Source of the DNA: Mobula hypostoma
Lineage: Eukaryota
Length of the DNA: 64,000 nt
Assembly: GCF_963921235.1 (NCBI RefSeq)
Contig: NC_086108.1
Span: 26,910,001 to 26,974,000 of the forward strand
Reading direction: 5' to 3'
The translations under genes were made by a program, and so were the position numbers. Numbering within the stretch: position 1 is the stretch's first letter; every line of letters starts with the position of its first letter. This document shows positions 12,845 to 24,975 of this stretch, piece by piece. Below the pieces are notes generated by a model. The model searched no databases, was not told where the DNA came from, and saw only the letters and a list, made by a program, of their open reading frames with translations.

Positions 12845-14900
12845 ATCCGAATCAGAATCTGGTTAATTATCACTGACGTATGTCATGAAATTTGTTGATC
12901 TGTGGTAGCAGATCAAATGAAAAAAGTGCATGATGTAATTACCATAAGTTACAATATGGAAGAAAATATATAGATTGCGCAAAAAAGAGGAATAGTGAGG
13001 TGGTACTCATGGATTCATGGGACATTCAGAAATCTGATGGTAGAGGGGAAGAAGCTGTTGAGTGTGCACCTTCAGGCTCCTGTACCTCCTTATTGATGCT
13101 AATAATGAGAAGATGTCATGTCCTGGGTGAGGGTCCTACTTGAGGCACCACCTTTTTTTAGATTAGATTATGAGGACACGCAGTCCTCTTTTGTTGTCAT
13201 TTAGTAATGCATGCATTAAAGAAATGATACAATGTTCCTCCAGAATGGTATCACAGAAACACAAGACAAACAAGACTGAAAAACTGACAAAAACCACATA
13301 ATTATAACATACAGTTACAACAGTGCAAAGCTATACCGTAATTTGATAAGAACAGACCATGGGCACGGTAAAAAAAAGTCTCGAAGTCTCTCGAAAGTCC
13401 CATCATCTCACGCAGACGGTAGAAGGAAGAAAAACTCTCCCTGCCATGAGCTTCCAGCACCGCAAACTTGCCAATGCAGCACTCTGGAAGCACCCGATGA
13501 CAGCCGAATCTTAAGTCCATCTGAAAACTTCGAGCCTCCGACCAGCCCTCCAACACCGAGCACCGAGCACTATCTCTGCCGAGTGCTTCGACCCTGGCCC
13601 TGGTAACAGGCAACAGGCAAAGCTGAGGATTTTGGGGCCTTCCCCTCCGGAGATTCTCGATCGCACAGTGACAGCGGCAGCGAAGCGGGCATTTCAGAAG
13701 TTTCTCCAGATGTTCCTCCGTGCTTCTCATGTCTGTCTCCATCAAACCAGGATTGTGCATGGCATCCTACTTACAAATATGATCTCATTTCGGAGCGGCC
13801 GCGCGCGCTGCGTCACACCGCCATCTTCTCCTCCCCACTTTTGAAGATATCTTCAATGGTGGAGAGTTGTATGCCCATGATGGAACTGGCTAAGTCTTCA
13901 CCCTTTGCAGCCTCTTTTTATCTCGTGCATTGGAGCCTCTGTACCGGATAGTGATGCAGTCAGAATGCTCTCCACTGTACATTTTTAAAAATTCGTTGGG
14001 GTCATTGTTGGTGTAAAGAATCTCCTAAACTCCTAACGAAGTATAGGCACTGGTGTGTTTTCTTCATGATTGCATCAATATGTTGGGCCCAGGTGTTGAC
14101 TGCCGGGAACTTGAAGCTGCTCAGCCTGACTGATCCCTGACTTTCACTGCTGACCACTCAATGAAGACTAGTGTGTCTTCTTCCAACTTCACTTTCCTGA
14201 AGTCTACAATCAATTCCTTAGTTTTACTGATGTTGAATGTAAGGTGGCTGTTGCGACACCACTCAACCTGCTGATCTGTCTTGCTCCTGTATGCTTCCTC
14301 ATTGCTGTCTGAGATTCTAGGAATGATAGTTGTGTCATCAGTGAATTTATAAATGTCACTTCAGCAGTGCATATCTGCACAGTCACGAATGTACAAGGAG
14401 TAGAGCAGGGGACTAAGCACACATCCCTGAGCTCTGCCTGTGTTAATTGTCAACATGGAGAAGATATTATAACTGATTGCACTGACTGTGGTCTCCAATG
14501 AGGAATCAAGTATCTAATTGCAAAGGAGCATACAGTGGTCCGGGATCTAAAGCTTGTTTATTTGTACTGAGGGTGCGATGGCGTTGAACGCTGAGCTGCA
14601 ATCAATAAACAGCAGCCTGACGTAGGTCTTGATGTTGCCCAGGTGGTCCAATGCTGTGTGGAGAGCCTGTTAGACTGCATCTGCTGCAGACCTATTGTGG
14701 TGGTCGGAAAATTGCAACGAATGCTGATCTTTGCTTAGGCAGGAGTTAAATCAAGCCATGACCACCCTTTCAAAGTACTTCATCACAGTAGATATGACAG
14801 CTATGGGGCGATAGTCATTGAGGCAGCTCTCCCTGCTCTTTTTGAACATCAGGATGACTGATGCCCTTTTGAAGCAAGTGGAAATGAGTATTTGAACACT
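12845..14900 (-). mobile_element. Rex1/Babar LINE ORF2 3' portion, degraded, interrupted at 13158-13836
   Basis: Minus strand CLNDYRPIAVISTVMKYFERVV (14751-15002), ..D.SSAFN.I, G.CLVP.LY, F.DDT; AATCAGAATC tail. Confidence 0.85.
13158..13836 (-). mobile_element. Non-autonomous bipartite retroposon (CpG-rich 5' head with YY1 motif plus Rex1-like (TCTAA)n tail)
   Basis: 5' end GGGGAGGAGAAGATGGCGG; 3' end AATGACAACAAAA, GAGGAC/GTCCTC hairpin, (TCTAA)n; imperfect flanking duplication CCAC(C)TTTT. Confidence 0.7.
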
Positions 14901-15396
14901 CACCTTTAAATCTGAGTATCCCTTTAAGTGGGAATGGTTGACTCCAACTTGAAACGGCTCCTGTGAGTATCTTGCATCACAATAGTAGAGGCATGGAAAC
15001 AACTCTCTGCAATACCATTAATGTGATGGGACATGGGTGCGAGAGGAAGCAGAACTGGATAGTTATCAAGCATTCTGCACCTTCGGCATGAAGCAGTGTT
15101 TCTGCTTCTTGCTAAAATAATTTGAAACTAGTAGCAGAATGAATTTCAATGGCATTTTTTTTCATGTTTGAAACTACAGGCAAATTTCAGGAGGGTCAGT
15201 GAATGGGGGGCTTTTCCTTCCTGCACCACAGGAAAAGTCTAAAGTTACTCAAGTTATTTTGCTTAAGCAGTCTTGATAATGGACATTGCTCTAATGTTTC
15301 TCAGTTGTGTTGTCAAACCTTTCTGTTGCTCCGTTTGCCTCCATTTTAGTTTAGTTCACATTATCCTTGCTGCTTTTAATTTAGATTTCTGCACAG

Positions 15397-15520
15397 AAAA
15401 TCAAAACAACAGCAAATGCTGGAAATCTGAAACAAAAACATTAAATGCTAGCAAAGTTAAATCAATATACATCATCTATGGAAAGAGATACAGTCCACAT
15501 TTTCATCCTTCATCAGATTA
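15397..15520 (-). mobile_element. Old PLE terminal fragment
   Basis: GCAAATGCTGGAAATCTGAAAC...CATCTATGGAAAGAG...CCTTCATCAG matches the PLE terminus seen elsewhere in the window. Confidence 0.55.
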
Positions 15521-15574
15521 CAGCATTATCAGGAATTGTTGAGACAATTCCTGGAATCCCAATTATTGTGTGTG

Positions 15575-15921
15575 GTTCTGTGATTAATCTAGACAGGGTG
15601 CATGAGAGATTTACAAAGATGTTGCTGGGACTGGAAGGCTTCCGCTATGAGAAGAAACTGAGTGGGCTACGACTATTTTCTCTGAAACAAAGGACGCTGA
15701 GGGGTGAGGTTTATAAAATTAAGTGAGGCATAGATAAGGTGAATGATCACAGTGCTTTTCCACTGCAGGGGAGTTTAAAACTAGAGGGCATGATTTTAAG
15801 ATGAGGGGGGAAAGATGTGAAGGGGACTTGATGGGCAAGTTTTTCACACAGATGATAATGGGCATATGGAACAAGCTACCAGAGGAAGTGATTAAGGGTA
15901 GTACATTTACAAAAATTAAAA
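15575..15921 (+). mobile_element. CR1 3' fragment, resuming at ~17685-17825 after PLE and pogo insertions
   Basis: RVHERFTKMLLGLEGFRYEKKL..L.LFSL.QRTLRG; FFTQ....WNKLP. Confidence 0.8.
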
Positions 15922-16871
15922 GGTGTCATAAAGTAAAAGGAGGTATCATTTCCAACACCTCCCTCCTTTCTCGATCGCTCTATCTCTATCTCCAGAGACA
16001 GTTATCCACTGATGCCTATTGCAAACCCATGGACTCTCACAGCTATCTGGACTATACTTCTTCCCAAACTGTTACTTGTAAAAATGCCATCCCCTTCTCT
16101 CAGTTCCTCCATTTCTGCCACATCTGCTCTCAGGAGGAGGTTTTTCATTCCAGAATGAAGGAGATGTCCTCCTTCTTCAAAGAAAGTAGCTTCCCTTCCT
16201 CCACCATTAACTGTCATATACTGTATCTCGTACTCCCGGTGTGGTCTCTCGTATAACGGTGAGACCCTACACAGATTGGGAGACTGCGTCACCAAGCACC
16301 TATGCTCTGTCAACCAGAAAAAGCGGGATCTCCCAATGGCTACCCATTTTAACTCCACTTCCCTTTCCCTTTGCGACATGTCCATCCATGGTCTCCTCTA
16401 CTGTTGTGATGAGGCCACACTCAGATTGGAGGAACAACATCTTATATTCTGTCTGGGTAGCCTCCAACCAGATGGTATGAACATCAATTTCTCAAACTTC
16501 TGGTAATGCCCCCCTGTTCTCTATTCCCCATCCCATTTTTCCTCTCTCACCTTATCTCCTTACCTGCCCATCACCTCTCTCTGGTGCTCCTCCCCTTTTC
16601 TTTCTTCCGTGGCCTTCTGTCCTCTCCTATTAGATTCCCCCTTCTCCAGCTCTGTATGTCTTTCACCAATCAACTTCCCAGCTCTTTACTTCACCCCTCC
16701 CCCACTCCTAGTTTCACTTATCAACTTTTGTTTCTTCCTCCCCTCCTAAATCTGACTACTCATCTTTTTTTTCCAGTCCCGCTGGAGGTTCTTGGCCCAA
16801 AATGTCGACTGTACTCTTTTCCATAGATGCTGTCTGGCCTGCCGAGTTCCTCCAGCATTTTGTGTGCGTTG
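15922..16871 (+). mobile_element. Penelope-like element, 5'-truncated and internally deleted (RT thumb + GIY-YIG remnant + terminus)
   Basis: YCKPMDSHSYLDY...NAIPFSQFL...EEQHLIFCLGSLQPDGMN; 12-bp TSD CAAAAATTAAAA at 15910-15921 and 16872-16883; degenerate hammerhead motif near 16775. Confidence 0.85.
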
Positions 16872-16885
16872 CAAAAATTAAAATA

Positions 16886-17684
16886 CAGTGGATTCCAGTT
16901 AATTGGGCCATCGGTTAATGAAGACAGCCACTTATTTGGGACAATGCTTAAAGAACAAAAACAAATTGAGAAAATAGCCAGGACTCCCTTTGTTTGTTTG
17001 GGACATTATGCCACCTAATTGGGGAAGGAGGCTGTTGCTCAGCAGTTTCAATCTAGCATCAGTTGCGTGCACTTGTGTGGCCATTAGATACAACCTCTTG
17101 CCGTGAGATATCACCTTTTAAATAGCATCAGCTGCATGTGTTTGTGTTCAAAAAGCAGCAATTTTTGCCACTGATAGTTGGTGAGAGATAAGCAGTAAGC
17201 CAATTCTGAACTGATTTGCTCAAAGCATTCAGGCTTGGAGATGCCAGAAACAGTGGAGAGAGAAAAGGAATCAATTTCACTTCTTCAACTATGAAACTAT
17301 GAAGAATTTGAAGGTATTGTCAATCATCCTGAATGTTACAAAGAAAATGAAAATTTGGAGGATGCAATTATCAAATGCATTGTATGAAGGCATTTCATTA
17401 CCTGCACTAGGTGTCTGTACTGATTTTGTTCATTTACAGTCAAAAGAACACACTGCAGATGAATTACTCCATCGATAAGTATTAGGAACTAATACACAGT
17501 TTTAGTACAGTTTTATAGTACTCAGTAGCATTTGGTAGTGTTCTAACTTATTCTGTATTCTATTTAAATACATCATTTGGCTTTTTATACCTTTTTAACT
17601 ATTTCCATAAAACTTCAGCTAATTGGGGCTGCCGCATAATTGAGCCAAAACATACTGGTACAGAGGTGTCCCAATTAACCAGAA
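16886..17684. mobile_element. pogo/Tigger-like non-autonomous DNA transposon
   Basis: TA|CAGTGGATTCCAGTTAATTGGG left TIR; CCCAATTAACCAGAA truncated right TIR; internal AATTGGG repeats. Confidence 0.65.
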
Positions 17685-18027
17685 CATTTGAACAGGCACG
17701 GGGAGAGGAAAAGTTTCACAAGATGTGAACCAAATTCAGGCAACTGGACCAGCTAAAGAATCACCTTGCCTAGAATGGTCAAGTTGAAGGGCTCGGCTCC
17801 ATGCTGTGTAATATATGACTCTAAATTGGCCAGTTCTGATGAAGCACTGAACACACAAAACACAGATTCTGCCTGAACTGCTTTAGTTTTTTTATTCCCC
17901 CAATAATTTCTGTTTTTCTCATTTATGAAGCACAATTCCCCTTATCAGAATGGCAATGGCTCTTTAGGAGCCAATGGAAAATTACAAAGGGCCTGCTCTG
18001 TTCTATATTATAAACAACCAGTGTCCA

Positions 18028-19150
18028 TAAGACCGTAGATATAGGAGTAGAAATAAGCCATTTATCCCAATTCATCATGGCTAATCCATCTTCCCTCTCA
18101 GTCTCAATCCCCTGCCTCCCCCCCCCCATTCCTTCATGCCCTGACCAGTCAAGAATCTACCAGCTTCTGCCTTAAATATACATAAAGACTTGATCACCAT
18201 AGCTGCCTATGGCAACAAAATTCACAGATTCACTATCTCTGGCTAAAGAAATTCCTCCTCATCTCCATTCTAAAAGGATGCCCCTTTATTCCTTTATTCC
18301 GAGGCTGTGTCCTCTGGTCTTAGACACTTACACCATAGGAAGCATCCTCTCCACATCTACTCTAGTGAGGCCTTTCACCGTTCAATTGGTTTCAAATAGG
18401 TCACCCCTCATTCTTCTGAATTCCAGTGAATACATGCCCAGAGCCATCATACACTCTACATATGACAAGCTGTTTAGTCCTGGAATGATTTTCATGAACC
18501 ACTTTTGAACCCTGTCCAGTTTCAGCACATACTTTGTAAGATGAGGGGCCTAAAACTGCTCACCATTCTCCAAAAGAAGGCCTCACCAGTGCTTTATAAA
18601 TTCTCAACATTACATCCTTGCTTTTATATTCTAATCCTCTTGAAATGAATGCTAACATCACATTTGTCTTCCTCACCACAGACTCGGCTACAAATTAACT
18701 TTTAGGGAATCCTGCGCAAGGACTCCTAAATCCATTTGCACTTCAGATTTTGTATTTTCTCTCCACTTAGAAAATAGTCAACCCTTTCATTTCTTCTACC
18801 AAAGTGCATGACGATACACTTCCCAACACTGTATTCCAGCTGCCATTTCTTTGCCCATTCTCCTCATCTGCCTAAGTCTTTCTGCAGCCTATTGATTTCC
18901 TCAAAACCACCTGCCCCTCCATCTATCTTCATATTTTCCACAAACTTTGCCACAAAGCCATCAATTTTGTCATTCAAATCATTGACATGTGACATAAAAA
19001 GTATCAGTCCCAACACAGACCCCCATGGAATATCACTTGTCTCTGGCAGCCACCTAGAAAAGGCTCCCTTTATTCTCACTCTTTGCCTCCTGCCAATTAG
19101 CCACCGCTTTATGCACGTTAGAATCTCTCCTGTAATATCATGGGCATGGT
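18028..19150 (-). mobile_element. CR1 LINE 3' RT fragment
   Basis: ORF 18864-19187: WLIGRRQRVRIKGAFSRW...GSVLG.ILF...NDL...AKF. Confidence 0.85.
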
Positions 19151-19154
19151 CTTC

Positions 19155-19590
19155 TCGCAAACCAACATCCTCAATATCGAGGTCCAAGTTACATCTCGTT
19201 GACTACATTCTGCAGGCTATGTCATTTACACATCTAACATGGACAAATTCCCTATTCTGAGATCAGTCTTACCAGGTGAACTGAGCAAATTATTCAAGGA
19301 TGTGCTCAAAGCCTCCTTGAGAAATGCAACACCTCCTTTGACTTGGGTCCACAATTGCTCGAAGTGCAGAGGATGCATTCAGGATGGTTTTGATAACCTT
19401 GGAGCATGCAGGAGCCTTTCTGAGTAATGGAAGGAGCACATTGTCTCACTCCATCAGACACCTCAGGCACCATCTGCAAAGAAGTCTGCAGTTTCCACAT
19501 AAGACTCATTGGCCAGTTCAGAGCCCAACAGAACTGTAGTGGAAATGAATCATTGTTACTCCTAAAGGGACAGCCTAAGAAGGAGAAGCA
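19155..19590 (+). mobile_element. RTE-clade LINE 3' remnant
   Basis: ...GEL....FKDVLKASL followed by W......SKCR..IQDG, typical of the RTE ORF C-terminus. Confidence 0.55.
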
Positions 19591-19859
19591 CATAATTGAT
19601 GAATAAGATAATTTTGGAAGTTAAACAGAAAATCATTTGTATTATTAAAGCAGCCAACATTTTATCGGCTGTTAGATAAATGCATTGATTCACCTGGTTG
19701 CAAAGAATCAATAATGAGTCTCTGCCTTCAGAACCACTGAGATGATCTCTTCAAAATGCTTTTCCTTTCCAGAAGCCCAGGAACCCTAGCCTTCTCTCTT
19801 CTCTCAACTACCCATAGACCTTCTATTGAATTTCCTCTCTGAGATCATTCACTCAGTGA

Positions 19860-20195
19860 AGTTAAAGATTAGCTTTAGTTGTCACATATAGAGTACATCC
19901 AAACAATAAAAAACATACCATGACACGCATTTTTCGGCCCGACCAAATCACCGTGGACTGTGCTGAGTCGTGCTCGAGAGTCGCCGCACTTCCAGAATCA
20001 ACATAGCATGCCTGAAACTCACCAATCCTAACCAGACATTTTTGTAATATGGGGGGAAATCAGAGCACTCAGTAGAAACCTATGTGGTCATGGGGAGAAC
20101 CTACAATCTCCTTACAGACAGTGACGAGAATTGAACCCCAATCTTTGAGCTGGTGCTGTAAAGAGATGCTCTAACTGCTATGCTACTATGCCACC
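19860..20195 (-). mobile_element. V-SINE variant with a different 3' tail
   Basis: V-domain GGGGGGAAATCAGAGCACTCAG..GAAACC, GAATTGAACCC B-box, CTAACTGCTATGCTAC A-box. Confidence 0.7.
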
Positions 20196-20597
20196 CGATC
20201 AATTGCCAGCTTTCCATCTACTCTAGCTTCAGCCAGATCCCATTACATCCACAGTCTCTATTCCACAGAATCCTATGTTAGCACTTTCAAATGTACAAAA
20301 ACATCGATGTACCAGATTCTACACTCTATATTCTATATTCTACACAGGTAAAACTCAGATTTCACTCAGCACTTAGTAACCTTGCGATCCAGAAATAAAA
20401 GAAGATCATTCTTTAGCCCAGATCTGCAAAACACCAAAGCTGCTGATAGTGCCATTAAGTCCCCATATCTTGCCTGCAGTACCCGTGTAACTATGACTAT
20501 GTGATTATAATCACGGCACTAGGTCATAATGAGTCTTTTTGAAGGGTTAAATATTTAACCCCTTTTAATACTTCCGTTTGCTGGAGCTTTGCATCGA

Positions 20598-20872
20598 TTT
20601 TTATTTATTTTTTGATATAGCGTGGAACAGGCCCTCCCAGCCCTTCAAGCCACACTACTCAGCAACATCCGATTTAGCCCTAGTCTAATCATGGGACAAT
20701 TTACAAGACCAATTAACCTACTGACAGGTATGTCTTGGACTGTGGGAGGAAACCGGAGCACCCGGAGGAAATCCAGTCAAAGAGAGAATGTACAAACTCC
20801 TTACAGAGAGCGGCGGGAATCAAGGCCAGGTCTCTGGTCCTGTAAAGTATTGTGCTAACCACTACACTACCA
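20598..20872 (-). mobile_element. V-SINE whose tRNA head is interrupted by the PLE (resumes at 23029)
   Basis: TTGGACTGTGGGAGGAAACCGGAGCACCCGGAGGAAA; head CTAACCACTACACTACC. Confidence 0.85.
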
Positions 20873-20932
20873 ACACACATCAAAGTTGCTGGTGAACGCA
20901 GCAGGCCAGGCAGCATCTCTAGGAAGAGGTAC

Positions 20933-20968
20933 AGTCGACGTTTCAGGCCGAGACCTTTCGTCGGGACT
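20933..20968 (-). ncRNA. Minimal type-I hammerhead ribozyme motif with a core mutation (CCGACGA)
   Basis: Minus strand: AGTC-CCGACGA-AAGGTCTCGGCCT-GAAA-CG-TC-GACT. Confidence 0.7.
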
Positions 20969-21225
20969 AACTGAAGGAAGAGTTAGTAAGAGATTTGAAA
21001 GTGGGAGGGGGAGGGGGAGATCCAAAATGATAGGAGAAGACAGGAGGGGGAGGGATGGAGCCAAGAGCCGGACAGGTGATAGGCAAAAGGGATATGAGAG
21101 GATCATGGGACAGGAAGCCCAGGGAGAAAGAAAAGGGGGAGGGGGAAATCCAGAGGATGGGCAAGGGGTATAGTGAGAGGGACAAAAGGAGAAAAAGGAG
21201 AGAGAGAAAAAGAATGTGTGTATAT

Positions 21226-22025
21226 TGTGACGTCAAACCAAGCTATCGGATGATTGATGCTCATGAGAGAGATAAGAGAGACAATGGAGAAACATTCAAA
21301 ATGCTAATAAGAGAGGAGAGAGGGATTAACGGAAAAGAAACACAATTCAGAATATTGACAGACCGGTTGCTTTGAACCTGAACTGTTTGAAGTTTGATGG
21401 ACAGGTGATACCCCAGCAGGGGGATAAAAAGAGCAGGTTCACTAAGGCACGGGACACCACGAGACCATGAGACAACGAGACCCTGGAAAGAGCGGTGTGC
21501 CCCCACAAGTGGTGGGAGTTTGGAGATCCAATTCGTGGGAACCGACCATAGGCTCACAGGGTGTAAAGGTACGATCAGTGGGAACCTGGTGTGTGTGTCC
21601 GCCCTTGCCTGGGTGCCGGGTTCAGCGCGGAAGAACGATCGTATCCGGAACAGAGGGGTCACAGTCGGTGACCACAGCGGGATAGAAGACATCAAAAAAG
21701 GTCTGCCCGAAACCAACTGCGAAGACATCAAAGGTCTGCCTAAACCAAATTGCAGCCCCCCCCCCAACGGTACAACAGCGATTACTGCGAACTGCACAAG
21801 CTGAAATGAACTCTGCGTCACTGTAAGATTGATCATTTTGCCCCTAGACTGCGATAGAGCTTGGTTGATTCCTATTACCCTAGTTCTATGTATAGGCATG
21901 CATTATCATTGATAACCTGTTACATTTATATCCTTATGATTAGAGCACTGTATTATTTGTTTCTTTATTAAAATTTATTAGTTGTTACTAATCCAGACTC
22001 CAACCCAGTTACGGGGTACATAACA
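21226..22025 (+). mobile_element. Solo LTR (800 bp) inserted in the PLE 3' region
   Basis: TGTGA...TAACA termini; 4-bp TSD ATAT (21222-21225, 22026-22029); the uninterrupted PLE copy at ~53661 lacks it; TATA-like GGGGATAAAAAG and ATTAAA signal. Confidence 0.88.
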
Positions 22026-22068
22026 ATATAAATAAATAACGGATGGGGCACGAGGGGGAGGTTGGGCA

Positions 22069-22968
22069 TTAGCGGAAGTTTGAGAAGTCAATGTTCATGC
22101 CATCAGATTGGAGGCTACCCAGACGGAATATAAGGTGTTGTTCCTCCAACCTGAGTGTGGCTTCATCTTTACAGTAGAGGAGGCCATGGATAGACATATC
22201 AGAATGGGAATGGGGCGTGGAATTAAAATGTGTGGCCACTGGGAGATCCTGCTTTCTCTGGCGGACAGAGCATAGGTGTTCAGTGAAACGGTCTCCCAGT
22301 CTGTGTCGGGTCTCGCCAATATATAGAAGGCCACATCGGGAGCACCGGACGCAGTGTATCACCCCAGCCGATTCACAGGTGAAGTGTCGCCTTACCTGGA
22401 AGGACTGTCTGAGGCCCTGAATGGTGGTAAGTGTGGAAGTATAAGGGCATGTGTAGCACTTGTTCCGCTTACAAGGGTAAGCGCCGGGAGAGAGATCAGT
22501 GGGGAGGGATAGGGGGGACGAATGGACAAGGGAGTCACGTAAGGAGCGATCCCTGCGTAAAGCAGAGAGAGTGGGGGAGGGAAAGATGTGCTTAGTGGTG
22601 GGATCCCGTTGGAAGTGGCAGAAGTTATGGAGAATAATATGTTGGACCCGAAGGCTGGTGGGGTGGTAGGTGAGGACCAGGGGAACCCTATTCCTAGTGG
22701 GGTGGCGGGAGGATGAAGTGAGAGCAGATGTGCGTGAAATGGGGGAGATGCGTTTGAGAGCAGAGTTGATAGTGGAGGAAGGGAAGCCCCTTTCTTTAAA
22801 AAAGGAGGACATCTCCCTCGTCCTGGAATGAAAAGCCTCATCCTGAGAGCAGATGCGGCGGAGACGGAGGAATTGTGAGAATGCAGTGCCAATGCAGTCG
22901 TCGATGTAGCGAAGGAAAATTGGGGATGTGGGGCACCATCCTTCCGCCACCCCACTAGGAATAGGCAA
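22069..22968 (-). pseudogene. PLE RT(partial)-GIY-YIG endonuclease open frame with in-frame internal deletion
   Basis: 299-aa frame; YIDDCIGTA joined directly to FSQFLRLRRICS. Confidence 0.85.
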
Positions 22969-23249
22969 CTTTGATGTGTGTTGCTTGAATTTCCAGCATC
23001 TGCAGAATTCCTCGTGTTTGCATTTTTAACTACACTACCATGTCGTCATATGGAGGTGATAACTTTGTGAATAGATCCATGTTACACAATATATAGCCTG
23101 TGTATCAAATTTGGCCAGCTTGAAGTTCCTCTCTGCTCTTTCCCCACCTCAACAGAGCATGCAACTTGGTTGTGACCCTGTATGGGCGAACCATTCTTCA
23201 TCCACATGAAACAGTCTGAAATTAGATCATCCTTAAGGTACTACCAACA

Positions 23250-24975
23250 CTTTTTTCAGGAAACAACGGGCAGAATAGACAAACAAGAGTCTGTGAATGT
23301 TACTTACTTGGATATTCAGAAGGCCTTTGACAAGGTGTTGCACATGAGGCTGCTAAACCAGATGAGAGCCCATTTTATTAAAGGAATGATACCGGCATGG
23401 ATAGAGGATTGGCTGTCTGGCAGAAGGACAAGAATGGTAGTAAAAGGTGATTTTTTTTTTCTTCAGGTTGACTGCTGGTGACTAGTGGTGTTCCACAGGG
23501 ATCAGTGAAGTGTCAGCCACTTTTCACATTAAATATCAATGAACTGGATGATGGAATTGATGGCTTTGTGGGCAGACATGTAATATTAAGGAAGCAGGGA
23601 GTCTGCAGAAAGACTTGGACAGATTAGGAGAAAAGGCAAAGATGTGGCAAATGGAATACAGTGTCAGAAAGTGTATAGTCATGCACTTTGGTAGAAGAAA
23701 TGAAAGGGTTGACTATTTTCCAAATGGAGAGAAAATGCAAAAAACTGAGGTGCAAGGGGACTTCGGAGTCCCTGTACAGGATTCCCTAAAGGATAAATTG
23801 CAGGTTCATTCTGTGGTGAAGGCAAATGCAGTGTTGGCATTCATTTCAAGAGGACTAGAATACAAAGCAAAGATGTAATGCTGAGGCTTTATAAAGCACT
23901 GGTGAAGCCTCATTTGAAGTTTTGGGCCAGTTATCTAAGAAGGGATGTGCTGACATTGCAAAGGGTTCAAACAAGGTTCAGAAAAATGATTCTGGGATTG
24001 AACGGCTTGTCATATGAAGAATTTTTGATCGCTCTGGGCCTGTACTCACTGGAATTCAGAAGAATGAGGTAACCTCATTAAAACCTGTCGAATGGTGAAA
24101 GGCCTTGATAGAGCGGATGTGGAGAGGATGCTTCCTGTGTCTAAGACCAAAGGAAGCAGAGAGTCTGCAGAAGGACTTGGACCAATTGGGAGAATGGGCA
24201 GAGAAGTGGCAGATGGAATATAGTGTAGGGAAGTGTACGTTCTTTGACTTTGGTCGAATGAAAACGGCATAGACTATTTTCTAAGTGGGAAGTAAATTCA
24301 GATATCGAAGGTACAAAGGGACTTGGGAGCCCTAGTTCAGGATTCCCTAAAGGTTAACTTGCAAGTTGAGTTGGTAATAAGGAAGATGAATGCAATGTTA
24401 GCATTCATTTTGAGATGACTAGAGTATAAAAGCCAGGATGTAATGTTGAGACTTGATCAGCAATTGTTCAGGTCACGTTTGGAGTAGTGTGAGCAGTTTT
24501 AGGTCCAACATCTATGAAAGAATGTGCTGGCATTGGTAAGGATCCAGAGGAGGTTTACGAGAATGATCCCCAGGAATGAAAATGTGTGTGTGTGTATATA
24601 TATAGAGCATTTAATGGCCCTGGGTCTGTACTGTTTGGAGGTAAGAAGACTGAGGGGGATCTCAGCGAAAGTAACTGAATGCTGGATAGAATGGGCATGG
24701 AGAGAATGTGCAAATTCATAGAATACAAGGACATCTATTGAGAACAGAGAGAAAGCGGAACTTCTTTCACCAGAGGTTGGTAAATCTGTGGAATTCTTTG
24801 CCAGTGATGGCTGTGGAGGCCAAGTCACTTAGTATATTTAAAGCAAAGGTTGGCAGTTTCTTGATTAGTAGGGATGTCAAAGATTACAGGCAGAAGGAGG
24901 AGAATGGGGCGGGTGGTTGAAGGAGGGAAACTGGGCTGAATGGCCTCATTCTGCTCCTATGTCTTATGGTCTTTT
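23250..24975 (+). mobile_element. Two adjacent, partly redundant CR1 3' fragments (junction ~24150)
   Basis: YLDIQKAFDKV; the SLQKDLD.LGEWA..WQM segment occurs twice (23597 and 24160); 3'UTR GGCCTCATTCTGCTCCTATGTCTTATGGTC. Confidence 0.85.

Larger units (their letters stand above)
20873..23028 (-). mobile_element. Penelope-like element with rearranged RT-GIY-YIG ORF, nested solo LTR and a short inverted terminus
   Basis: ORF 22069-22968 with LRYIDD, thumb and GIY-YIG (VIHCVRC..CGLLYIGET); 12-bp TSD ACTACACTACCA at 20861-20872 and 23029-23040. Confidence 0.92.

Noticed and set aside
13302..13760. 152-aa ORF
   Set aside because: No recognisable domain; lies inside a GC-rich non-autonomous element
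21261..21899. 212-aa minus-strand ORF
   Set aside because: Lies wholly within the solo LTR and has no domain signature; likely a chance ORF
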